In this document: piece after piece, positions 36,964 through 49,100 of the stretch
How the letters are laid out: each line of letters starts with the position of its first letter
How positions within the stretch are numbered: position 1 is the first letter of the stretch
Origin: Octopus bimaculoides
Lineage: Eukaryota
DNA: 64,000 nucleotides
Direction: 5' to 3'
Assembly (NCBI RefSeq): GCF_001194135.2
Contig: NC_068981.1
Coordinates: 66,011,021-66,075,020 of the forward strand
Translations under genes and position numbers: made by a program
Notes under the pieces: model-generated
Seen by the model: the letters and a program-made list of their open reading frames with translations, nothing else
The model's database searches: none
Told to the model about the DNA's origin: nothing

Positions 36964-37838
36964 NNNNNNNNNNNNNNNNNNNNNNNNNNNNNNNNNNNNN
37001 NNNNNNNNNNNNNNNNNNNNNNNNNNNNNNNNNNNNNNNNNNNNNNNNNNNNNNNNNNNNNNNNNNNNNNNNNNNNNNNNNNNNNNNNNNNNNNNNNNNN
37101 NNNNNNNNNNNNNNNNNNNNNNNNNNNNNNNNNNNNNNNNNNNNNNNNNNNNNNNNNNNNNNNNNNNNNNNNNNNNNNNNNNNNNNNNNNNNNNNNNNNN
37201 NNNNNNNNNNNNNNNNNNNNNNNNNNNNNNNNNNNNNNNNNNNNNNNNNNNNNNNNNNNNNNNNNNNNNNNNNNNNNNNNNNNNNNNNNNNNNNNNNNNN
37301 NNNNNNNNNNNNNNNNNNNNNNNNNNNNNNNNNNNNNNNNNNNNNNNNNNNNNNNNNNNNNNNNNNNNNNNNNNNNNNNNNNNNNNNNNNNNNNNNNNNN
37401 NNNNNNNNNNNNNNNNNNNNNNNNNNNNNNNNNNNNNNNNNNNNNNNNNNNNNNNNNNNNNNNNNNNNNNNNNNNNNNNNNNNNNNNNNNNNNNNNNNNN
37501 NNNNNNNNNNNNNNNNNNNNNNNNNNNNNNNNNNNNNNNNNNNNNNNNNNNNNNNNNNNNNNNNNNNNNNNNNNNNNNNNNNNNNNNNNNNNNNNNNNNN
37601 NNNNNNNNNNNNNNNNNNNNNNNNNNNNNNNNNNNNNNNNNNNNNNNNNNNNNNNNNNNNNNNNNNNNNNNNNNNNNNNNNNNNNNNNNNNNNNNNNNNN
37701 NNNNNNNNNNNNNNNNNNNNNNNNNNNNNNNNNNNNNNNNNNNNNNNNNNNNNNNNNNNNNNNNNNNNNNNNNNNNNNNNNNNNNNNNNNNNNNNNNNNN
37801 NNNNNNNNNNNNNNNNNNNNNNNNNNNNNNNNNNNNNN

Positions 37839-37894
<56 letters not shown>

Positions 37895-38045
37895 GACAGG
37901 CTTCTTTCAGTTTCCGTCTACCAAATCACTCACAAGGCTTTGGTCGGCCCAAGGCTATAGTAGAAGACACTTGCCCAAGGTGCCATGCAGTGAGACTGAA
38001 CCCAGAACCATGTGGTTGGCAAGCAAGCTACTTACCACACAGCAC
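36575..38045 (-). mobile_element. SINE family A, two tandem copies separated by an N-gap
   Basis: Head region present at 36770-36930 and again at 37895-38045; tail at 36575-36745. Confidence 0.75.
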
Positions 38046-39484
38046 TCCTTTATATGTATATGAATTACACCTCTATGTGGTGATGTGGGGATCAGGCCGA
38101 GATTAACATGCGTCCCACACTTTTCACTCCTGACAGCTAACTTATTACTTTGGTTACTTTTCAATTCCCCTGAGTGTCATGTTATATCCCAACTCTTACT
38201 ACCAATATGTCTCCACGGTTCATTTTTCTATATGCCCAATGACCTTAAATGTATCTATATGTACATGGGTGTGCTTTTTTTTTTTTTGGTGTCTATTTAT
38301 GCAACTATAACTATATACATTACTGTGTTCACCTAACTCATTTCAGCTTTTTTTTTGTTGCACAATTTCTTCTTTCTGCCATTACCTTTAATTTACTTTC
38401 AGCATACATCTGCATACATGTATTGTTGTATGTGTTTATATGTACACTTCATATTATACCTTTATTTTACTATAATACAATGGTATTCCTTTGTAAAGAA
38501 TTATGATTAAGTGTGTATATATCTGAACCTATATTTTCTTTTCTTATGCTTTTAGTTTATGCATGTGTGATGGGTATTCATGTATTTGGCCATATATATC
38601 TAAGAATATATATGTGCATATGTATATATTTATGAGTACCTATGCATATTTATATATGTACGTATCTATGCATGTATATTTGTTTGCCTATGTATATATG
38701 TGTATGCCTGTAGCTATATGTATATAATAATATGCTTTTTATGTGAATGTCTGCATAGTTTCTTTTTCTTGTGTGTATGTTTGTATGTGTGTGTGTGAGT
38801 TGTACTAGTATATTCATGTGTGTATACATACAAATAACCTACCACTGTCTCATTCCTTTATTCCTGTTTTTTGTTTGTTATCTTCCACTTCTTTCCTATT
38901 CCCTGTTTTTTTTTTCCACTCGTAAGAGCTTTTATTACTTATACCAATTCTAAACAATAAATATCCCAACTTTAGACATGCCAACTGTCCATTATTGCCA
39001 CCACATATATATTAATGAAATTATAATCTACTGCAACCACTACAATAACTTGAATGTGCTGATAATTAATGAAACCACACCCTTGTCTACCTTACAAAGA
39101 AACAAACAAACAAAATATTTCTTTTACTGCCTCAGTCTGCTGTAACAGAGGTGCCATTTCCAGTTCACAGTTGTGTGTGCAATACTTAAAAAAGAGCTAA
39201 TTTGATTACGTTACAGTAAGCTGTCAGTAAGGGCGATAAAATTTTAGTTCTCAGTTGGGTTATTTATGTTATTTATGATATGATACTAATGTCATTGAGA
39301 AAAACGTAAATGTTACAATTTTTCATCTTTCTCTTCTTTAAAATTATCAAACTCTATACCTTGATTCAAAATGGATATTTAAGTAAAATAATTTATAGTA
39401 ATCCTAGTAGAGTAGAAGTAAGATCCCAGTAAAAACAGAAAAAGACCAGTCTAGTAAATATGAGCATTGTAGTTCACTTGAAGC

Positions 39485-39715
39485 ATTGTAGTCCAGAAGT
39501 AGAAAATGAAAGAAAATATTTCGGGTGCAAAGGCCTATCTTCAGAAGGAAGCAGTCCAAGAAATGTATAATTACAAAATTGATGGATATATATATTTCTT
39601 GGACTGCTTCTTTGTGAAGAAACGCCTTTGTGCCTGAAATATAAAGGTTATTTTCTAAAACTTTTCACATTGTTAGAAGCTTTCTTTATTTCCCTTTTCT
39701 TTCATTTCCTACTGG
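39485..39715. repeat. Inverted repeat carrying two decayed hammerhead-like motifs
   Basis: GCAGTCCAAGAAAT.TATA (39551) and TATATTTCTTGGACTGC (39591) are inverted. Each arm has (C/G)TGAAGA...GCCTTTG.(A/G)CC(C/T)GAAA. Confidence 0.5.
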
Positions 39716-41171
39716 TCAAGTGCTTTCGTTAATATGTGCACATTGTAAAGTGGTTGGTGTTAGGAAAGGCATCCAGCCATAGAAACCATCCCAAAACAGA
39801 TGATGGAGTCCTTGGATCCATTAGATCCATTAGATCCAGTCAAACCATCCAACCCATACCTGTATAAAATATGGACATAAAATATTGGTGATGATGATGA
39901 TATGTGGCTTATTGTTATCATAAACATTAGAACTTGTAATTTGCTCCTTATGGCTAATCTTATTGACCTCAAAGAAATGAAAAACAGTAAACTTTTTATG
40001 CTACCAAAAAGTAAGTTTGGTACATCGTTGGCCATTAATTCACCACCAATAAATCATTGTCTATACATCAAACAAAACCAGCATGTTGAATTTTAGTGTA
40101 ATTTGATATTTGTTTAGCTTCAAATATTGCAAAATTCTGCCTATTTTTGACATATTGTTCAAATAATGCATTAAATATAAGGCCTTTCACCATGAAGCTT
40201 TTGAGAGAAATAATGTCTCTTAGCAAGCAAGGTTTTTATGAGATTGGAATTAGAGGGATGCTACACATTGTTACTTTGTTATTCAAAGCCTAATGAGAGC
40301 AGATTAGTAATATTTTCTCCTTTCATGAAAGTCAAACTCAAAACATCCTTCAACCCATTAATTTGTTGTATTATCCTATCCAGCTTCATATCAAGGAACT
40401 ATTTTTGGTTATGATAGCGTTGGTATTTGTTATTCACTTTGCTATTTATTATTCACTCTTGTAGACAGGAAAGTTAAATATTCTGTTCAACAGAAGTATA
40501 AGCAGAATAGAGAATAATGGTTTATGTAGAGTACATAATATTCCATAAACCACACAGACACTATGCCAAACATTTAAAAATTTCAGCAAGAGAATGGTTA
40601 GAGTGAATTAGTTTCCCTCAAAGCTTTCTATTGGCCCAGCACATTAATGGTATTTACCACCTATTCATTACTCTTTCTAGTGCTTATAGCAGTGAAACAG
40701 TACCTTTTCCTGATACCTAATTACAGCTAGACAGACTGCATCTGCATTAAGTGTTTTGTTCAAGGGATACAACACAGCACTAGTAAGATAGTATGTATCA
40801 TTAGCCCTTAAGTGGGTAAGGCTTTCGATGCATCAACTAAATTTACATTATCAATGACTAACACTAATTGTCTCAGAAGTACTATCAATGTTTTCTGTCT
40901 TTCTTTTCTAATATAAATCATATTTAAATGTAATCTTACTTATTAAATATTCTGTAGTACAGGGTATCATTCTTTTTATCAACCACTCATAGGGTTTGCA
41001 TCACAGAGGCTGGAAAAAAACTTCAGTTTTCCATTTGTTATTTTATAAGATTCCATTCATAAATAAACAAATAAGTAGATAAATAGATAGATAAATAAAT
41101 AAATGAATAAAAAACTAACAAAAAGACAAGAATTTGCATCAAATTCATTTAAATAGCAGTTCTTTACTTAC

Positions 41172-41360
41172 TTGTACTTTACTATTTCTTGGATGGTCAC
41201 AACCAGCAATATAGAGTACTTCCTGTACCTCTTCAGATGGTCTGTCAGAATTCTTACCAAATATGACACAGTTATCTAAACTGTTGGGTGGCAGCACAAC
41301 AAAAGTATCACAAGACAGAGGTGGGCAGCTGTCTGCCAATGAAGCTAAACTTGTTGACAT
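41172..41360 (-). CDS. SCRN: Secernin (SCRN2/3-like), first coding exon (63 aa)
   Basis: Encodes [50 protein letters not shown]...SKVQ, matching the secernin N-terminal SCDTFV...[13 protein letters not shown] motif. A pyrimidine tract and CAG acceptor put the exon start at 41373, ATG at 41360, and a phase-0 CAA|GTAAGT donor after 41172. Confidence 0.95.
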
Positions 41361-42184
41361 TTCTGTGAAATTTCTGTAACAGAAAGAAATAGAAATTTTG
41401 TTATAAGACATATGAATAAATAAATAAAAAAAAGATGTATTCTTGTTTTTAATTTGGTTTGGCTACATACTGTACATTATTTAAATAAGCGTTTTTTTTT
41501 TGTTTTCCATGCATGTGTGTGTGTGTGTGTGTGTTGATAAAAATACAAACAAACAAGCAAACATTTATACATATATACATTTACTATACTGTTGAGGGGT
41601 CAATTACTGACCAAATATAAACATATTCAAAGACCATTGAGAAAGAGATCACTTATGGACATTTGTTTTCAAGCCTGTATCTTCTCTAGAAGATTATAAA
41701 TTTACATTTGTACCTATTATCATATATGTTACCAAATGTTTGAGTACCTCAAATTGTTAGCACAAGCATAACCAGGCTTATACATGGCTGTGAGGTTACA
41801 AAGTTTATTTCACAACTACATGATTTGTCACTAATTTCAATAATTAGATAGTGGTTACTAAACAGACACCTGTAAATATTTGGATTTTTGAACCAATCCA
41901 ATTTATATTAGAATTGCATAGATCATATACGGAAGGAAATGTCTAATATTCATATTAAAGTTGAATAGTTCAAAAAGAGGAAATATTCCTTAAAATCCAT
42001 ACATTGCATATAATAGAAATGATTGATTTAGGAATATATTTCTTTTTGAGACTCTGGAAGCAAAAATAATAATAATGATGATTCTTATTAAGTAATGATT
42101 AAGATACACCATCCATTCCTACACACACACACAAACACACACACATGCATACACATATATAATACACACACCTATATATAACCA

Positions 42185-42570
42185 CACGATTGGCTGTGTG
42201 GTAAGAAGCTTGCTTCCCAACCACATGGCTCTGGGTTCAGTCTCACTGTTTGGTACCTTAAGCAAGTGTCTTTTACTATTGTCTCAGGCCAAGCAAAGCC
42301 CTGTGAGTGGATTTGGTAGATGGAAACTGAAAGAATCCCATCATATATGTGGATATATATTTGTATGTATTTGTGTGTCTGTGTTTGTCCCCATACCATC
42401 ACTTGACACCGATGATGGTGTGTTTAGATCCCTGTAACTTAGTGGTTTTGCAAAAGAGACTGATGGAATAAGTACTAAGATTGCAAAGAACAAGTCCTGG
42501 GGTTGATTTGTTCAACTAAAGGTGGTGCTCCAGCATAGCCACAGTCAAATGAGTGAAACAAGTAAAAGAA
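42185..42570 (+). mobile_element. SINE family A copy
   Basis: Colinear with 61583-62022 from the A-box to the GAAACAAGTAAAAGA tail. Confidence 0.85.
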
Positions 42571-42745
42571 TATATATATAAGTCAGTGAGAAGATGCACT
42601 CATATAACTGTCAGTAGAGTGGGTATATTATCTGAATTTTATAGCATTAAGTAGCCATCACGGCTGGTCCTACTAATCAGTTTCACATAAAGAATACAAT
42701 GGTGTTTTAGGTAACAATCCAATTATATAACTCTACACTAATTGC

Positions 42746-42851
42746 TGACTGCTCTCTATTATCAGAGGTGAATTAGCACAACCGGTCAGCTCTTTTCACA
42801 GAAGCCACTGACCAGTTGTGCTAATCCACCCCCAATAATAGAGAGCAGTCA
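42746..42851. repeat. Hairpin with ~44-bp arms
   Basis: TGACTGCTCTCTATTAT...TTAGCACAACCGGTCAG versus CTGACCAGTTGTGCTAA...ATAATAGAGAGCAGTCA. Confidence 0.8.
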
Positions 42852-43489
42852 CCATATTCCCTTCCATATCGGCTATCTCTGATGAGGTGATGATTCGGGT
42901 AGCACCCTAGCATGGCCACAGCCTTTAGGCTAGGACACATAAAAGAATATACATAAACATGCTAATATACTCACTCTCACACTCACTAAAATCTCAATGG
43001 TTCTATCATTAGAGTTTGATCATTTCTGATTTTTCAACACTATCTTGACCTGAAGTGTTATGACATTCAGTTTATCATCTTGAATCTTTTGATATTTATT
43101 CTTCAAAGCTTCCTTTAATGTTTCTGCTTTGGCAAATGTAGCATTATTTGAAATAAACTAATTTACTTGAATTAATAGATTACTTTTAATAACATCATAT
43201 GTGCTTTGGTATACACTGTATTTATTATGATTCTAAGTATATCAATTTATATTAATTTCCAATGGTAGCAGTAAAACTACAACTCTGTGGTTTTCAGATA
43301 TATGCAGTATTGTTTTTTTTTTTTTTGCTAGTAAAAATACACATATTTTATCTCTAACTTTCAGTTTTGAGGGGTTTGTTTTGTAGTTCTTTATTGCATT
43401 TATTATTGACTTTTATCTTGTTTACTTTGTGTAAAGTATGTGCAGTGTAAGTTGTGTTCTTGTATCATGTGGGTCACGAAAAAAGACTA

Positions 43490-43910
43490 ATGAACATTAG
43501 AGATGATGACTGTTAAACAACAATGCTCATAAGGAACAATCAGGAAAATACCAAGACAGTAGACAGAGTCACCTGTCTGGCTAGCATTATCAGTAACAAT
43601 AGTGATATTGAGAGCAGCATCAACCATGGAATTGGCAAAGCTATAACTATATTCCAGACAATGTGTGCTGTCTGGTGCTCCAACACTGTCAGCTTAAATG
43701 CAAAGATGCAGCTCTATAATAGCATAGTTCTAACAACAGTTCTTTACACCAGTGAGACATGGATGAACATTGTGAAGATTAACAGAAAGCAAGATATGTT
43801 CCACTAAAGATGCTTGAGAAGGATTCTGAGAACATACTGGCAAGACCACATAACCTATAAAAACATTCTAAAGAGAGCCAACACAAGAACTCTTAGTGAA
43901 ATCTAGTTGC
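43490..43910 (+). pseudogene. RTE-type reverse transcriptase C-terminal fragment
   Basis: VDRVTCLASIIS..DIESSINHGIGKA...KMQLYNSIVLTTVLYTSETW...FH*RCLRRILRTYWQDHIT. Confidence 0.75.
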
Positions 43911-44293
43911 TACCCAATGTGCTCATGAACAGAGGAGGAGCTGAAACTGAAACTAAATGTTGTGAGGGTTGTATTATTGATACTTAAAGCATCTTGTATA
44001 GAGTTTTTTTTTTTTTGCAGAGAGATTGTGTAAAGTTAAGAGCCCTGGTACTGTAGTTATGGCTTTATTTATACTATTCTCTATCATGTCTAGAGTACTA
44101 AGAATTATTGGAATCAGTTATAATCTCGAGCAATACATCTCTGTTATTTCCTTTTCAAGAGCTTTGTTCTTTAAATCCTTTCCAACTTACTTCTTGGAGA
44201 CCATTTATTATGAAGGATGGCACAGTGTGAATTTCATTGACTTTGTTTTAGAAATAATCTGAATCGTCATTCTTATGTTAAAAACTGTTATTA

Positions 44294-44342
<49 letters not shown>

Positions 44343-44719
44343 CATTATTATTACTAGCATGGTGGAACTCACAAGCTCATAAAAGACAGAACTCATTGTA
44401 ATTCAGTATTCAGTTGCTGAGTTAAAATCTCACTAGGGTTCATTTGTTCATTATATTTCCTGGATTTATAAAATAAGAACTAGAACTGAACTAGTTGACT
44501 CCAATCTACCACCATTGATTAGAGAAGATGTCAGCTATGGTGTTTACCAAGAATGCTGTCACTATTTTGCAAAAATATTGAATTACAGAAAACACAATTG
44601 TAATTTCTAAGTGGTAGACATTGTTGTGTGTATGAAAGTGTATATATCAGTGTTTTGCCTGAGATACATATTATTGAAAACAGTTTTTCACTAAACAGTG
44701 AGAGATCTTCACCTAGAAT

Positions 44720-45060
44720 AGTCACAATCTCTGTTATGAGTCTGATCTTAGACTGTGTGCAGCTCTACCAGTTCCTCCTCCACAGTCCTCGACCAGGTCC
44801 TGACAGGCCTGCCTCATCTCCTACACGTCTACCATTGGCTTCCCTTAAGAAATGACTCCCACTTATCTCTTCATGGTTGAGCATCTTTTGACATGTCACT
44901 GTGATACTATCCTATAGGTTACTCAGCTCAGTCCTTTCTATGACCAGTTCATTCATGACGTATAAAGAAATTCTTTTGAAAAACACCTATAGTTCTATAG
45001 ATTCTGCTGCTCCTTTTTGCATGTTCCATAGGTGTAAGTCACTGTTGGTATGACAATGTA
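44720..45060 (-). pseudogene. Decayed RTE-type ORF C-terminal fragment
   Basis: Minus strand GRPVRTWSRTVEEEL resembles the RTE GRP.KTW motif; many stops. Confidence 0.45.
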
Positions 45061-46699
45061 TGTATATACATGGAATTTTGGTACCTCGTTGGATGTGAAG
45101 TTGGACCAACTGACTTCAGGCACTGAAAGACAGCTTTAACTTTGCTGAGTCTCTTCTCCACATCCCTTTACTTGATAATTCTATGATATTTTTGTATATA
45201 TTACCTGTGAGGTATGTCTTGATTATCCCTGCCAGTATATCCCTTTCATGAAAAATGTAACCTTGTGGCAATGTCAGAAACAATAATGATGATTATCATT
45301 GTTATTGTTATCAAACAGTGATGTGTAACCAAAGAGCAAATTTTTAGACTTTTTTGTTCTCTTTGGCCCTTTTCCAAGCAGTAAAATATTTAAAAACATT
45401 TAACTGTAGTTAAGTTTCATAGGGTAAAAGCTTGTCAATTTCCTGAATTACAAATATCGATTAGGTTAGTATTCATCTCTAGTTTCTGTGGCATTAAACA
45501 AATGCATGAATATCCCTCTCCTTGGACAGGATGTTGCTCTATTGCAGAGTGCTTTCCTATTATTTTCCCATGGAAAGCATTTTTAGTTGGCACTGTAAGA
45601 CAACAAATCCTTCAGACTCCTCTGCAGTGCTGCTGTTATTGGTAGTGTTGTTTAGCTACAAGTCAACCCTGATCAAGCAAATTTATGAGTAAAGCTGTTT
45701 ACAGCCATGATCATTATGTCTTTTTGTTTCCAACCATAATGTATCTTGGATAACATTATCCAATGTGTCCTTTTTTTAAATTTAAGAATGTAGGAGTATG
45801 AGTCAGGGAAGAAAGGCCGCTATTTTTACCAGGTTGGGCATCTTCATAGATGGTCCTCACTCAAGCTCCTAGTATTACTGTTGCTTCCAAGGGTAAGGCA
45901 TTCCATTCTTAAGCATTTATGTAGATTGTGAATCTGACAGTTAAGTGTGTTGGCCATAGATCCATGGAAATGGTTAATCCATGGAAATGAAAGACCTCCA
46001 GAACATTGAATTGCTGATCACTCAGCTGATTATCTGACACACTGTAGACTCAGTTAATTATAATTTCTACAGAAGCTTAAAAACAAACAGAATTTAATTC
46101 ACATTTTATTTCTTTTCAAAATATGATTAAAAAATTGTCTTTGGAATTAAAAGGGTATCAACTTACACAATCTTTCAAAATTAACATCATAGCAACAAAC
46201 AAATTTTGATGATAAACTGCATCACACTACTCCATCATAAGTAATAGATATGAATAGAAATGTAAGCAGTCAAGTGATTCTGTTTTCTTTTACAAAGGTC
46301 ATCAGAATGACAATATCAGCAGTAAACTTCTCATAAAGTTTATGAGATATACATATGCAAATACCATATGTAAAACAAAAGCGAAAAAGGCCAACACATA
46401 TATACATACACATATACTTACAGAAACCCCCCCCCCCAAAAAAAAAACAAAACCAAGAAACTTACTAGAAGCTTATACATGCACCAAAATAGACTCCTCA
46501 GTTTCAATCTAACAATAAACAGGAAATGCATGAAGACTAAAACCAGCATCATAGTACTTTGATAAGATGCTTAATAAAACATCTAGAGAGGCTATTCACC
46601 AAATCTAATTAACATTGAGTGTTTTGCAAATTAAAGAACAGGTAGTAAAATATTTAGATGTAAACAGATCCATACTAATGTTTTCATAAATTCTTGCCA

Positions 46700-46893
46700 G
46701 ATATTTTTGTTTTTATTTCCTTCATTTTCTTCATCTTTTCCAGCCTTTATTCATTTTCTTCTTTTCCAACATCATCGGCTTCTACCTTCATTTTCTTAAT
46801 GTTTTGTTTTTTAAAATACTTATCTTCTAACTTTTCATCCATCACCACCCACTTTTTCTTTCTTTCTTTCTTTCTTTCTTCCTTTCTTTCTTC

Positions 46894-46933
<40 letters not shown>

Positions 46934-47260
46934 TATAATTCATCTTCCATCCCTATCTCTTCTCCATCCTCATACTCAACAGTATACTTTTTCTTCTCCT
47001 TCATCCCACTTTCCCCACTTCTAAACCCCTTTTCCACCTTGTCTTCCCTCACTTCCTCTTCTTACCCTTACTTCTTGCTTCCCTCAACGCCCTCCTCCTC
47101 CTCCTCCATCTTTCTTACCTCCACATTTTCTGACCCCAATAACATTTCATTCATTCTCTCTTACTCCCTCTGCCACCCCTTTCACACTCTTCTCCTCCCA
47201 CTCTCCCTCACTTCCTTCACCCCCTCCCTCCACCAGTTCCCTTTCACCTTACATCTTTAA
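46700..47260. repeat. Polypyrimidine/polypurine low-complexity tract including (TTTC)n
   Basis: Strong C/T skew on the + strand; (TTTC)n at 46855-46933. Confidence 0.85.
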
Positions 47261-47624
47261 CAAACTAGATTTATTTCTATAGACGTACCAGTTCCACAAA
47301 AACAAACAATAAATACAAAAGTATAGTAATCAAAAACACAAACAAGAAAAGTTATTTCCAGAAAAACTGCTGATCATTATACCTTTTAATAGTAATGTCA
47401 CATGGGGGGGAGGGGCGTTCTTTTTAGTGTCTGGTGAAACTGATGTGATTTATGGTCAGTTCGAGAACATTTGCAGGTCTACATTTGCAAGAAAATTGGC
47501 AGAGAGAAAATTCCAGTAGGCTGATGTCTTAGAGAAGAAGGATTGGCAGTAGTGGTTAATGCAATTGTTTGTTAATTAGCTTGCTTTTTTTAAATTTTTA
47601 TATCCTTTATATGTTCACATTTCT

Positions 47625-47808
47625 GCACAGGCATGGTTGTGTGGTTAAGAAGCTTTGTAACCTCATGATTTTGGTTTCAGTTCCACTACACAGCATCTTG
47701 GGACAAGTGTCTGTGATTATAATCCTGGGCTAACCAATGCTTACTGAGTAAATTTGGTAGTCAGAAACTGTATGGAAGCCCACTGTATGTGTGTGTGTGC
47801 ATATATAC

Positions 47809-47845
<37 letters not shown>

Positions 47846-48261
47846 TGCATATATATGCATATATATATACGCACATGTATATAAAGGCAAAGACCACTCT
47901 TTGGTAATGAATGACCATGGGATTGCACCTAGAAAGTTCCCCTCGAGCTACAAATTTGAGCAAGGTTGTTTATAGAAGACCAGCAGTTGCTTATACATAC
48001 CAGCCTCCCACTTTTCACACCACTGATGTTATCCAAGGGAAAGGCAAAGACCAGTACAACTTGACACCAGTGATGTCACTACTCATTTCTACAGCTGAGT
48101 TAACTGGAGCAATGCAAAATAAAGTGTCTTGCTCAAGAACACAACACAGCCCAGTCCAGGAATCGAACTCATTACCTCATGATTGCGAGCCCAATACTCT
48201 AACCACTGAGCCATGTACCTTCACACACAGACACACACACACATATGAAGATACATATATA

Positions 48262-48297
<36 letters not shown>

Positions 48298-48460
48298 TAT
48301 TTGTCCTGACTAGTGACAACCAGTGTTGTCCCTGTAACTTAGCAGTTTGACAAAAAAGACCAATGCAATAAGTACTAGGCTTTAAAATTAGTACTGGGGT
48401 TGATTGTCTCAACAAAACCCTTAAAGGCCACATTCCAATGACTGTAGCAACTGAATGGTA
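47625..48460 (+). mobile_element. SINE family A split by a family C insertion
   Basis: Head at 47625-47790, tail at 48290-48460; family C copy (-) between them. Confidence 0.7.
47885..48222 (-). mobile_element. SINE family C, full length, nested in family A
   Basis: Reverse complement is colinear with 6448-6798. Confidence 0.8.
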
Positions 48461-48654
48461 AAATTAAAACATCTGCTTATCTACCAGTTTGCTGATGCAT
48501 GACAAAAGAGTTAAGAATATATATTATATATACATTAAAATAAAATATTAGTGAACAGGTCATTGGCATATGGTGACAGACTTTGCAGCCTAATAATATA
48601 TATCTTCATAGCACACTAAACAGTATTTTTGGATAATTTAAAATATTTTTTTCT

Positions 48655-49100
48655 TTTATTTTTTCTTTTACTTGTTTCAGCCATTTGACTGTGGCCATGC
48701 TGGAGCACCGCCTTTAGTCGAACAAACCAATCTCAGGATTTATTCTTTGTAAGCCTTGTACTTATTCTATCAGTCTCTTTTGTCAAACTAATAAGTTACA
48801 GGGACGTAAACACACCAACATTGGTTGTCAAGCAATGGTGGTGTGACAAACACGAACACACAAATACATGCATACATATACATATACNNNNNNNNNNCTC
48901 TCAAGGCTTTGGTTGGCCCAAGGCTACAGAAGAAGATGAACTTCTTTCAGTTTCTGTCTACCAAATCCACTCTCAAGGCTTTGGTTGGCCCAAGGCTACA
49001 GAAGAAGATGAACTTCTTTCAGTTTCTGTCTACCAAATCCACTCTCAAGAACCATGTGGTTGGGAAGCAAGCTTCTTACTACACAGCCACTCCTATTTTT
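48655..49100 (-). mobile_element. SINE family A copy with a 72-bp internal tandem duplication
   Basis: CTCTCAAG recurs at 48898, 48970 and 49042. Confidence 0.75.

Noticed and set aside
46694-47260. 188-aa S/F/P-rich ORF
   Set aside because: It is a by-product of a polypyrimidine tract; no splice or domain support.
48898-49050. Perfect 72-bp tandem duplication in a SINE
   Set aside because: The copies are identical and start right at a 10-N gap, so an assembly or gap-filling artefact is as likely as a real duplication.
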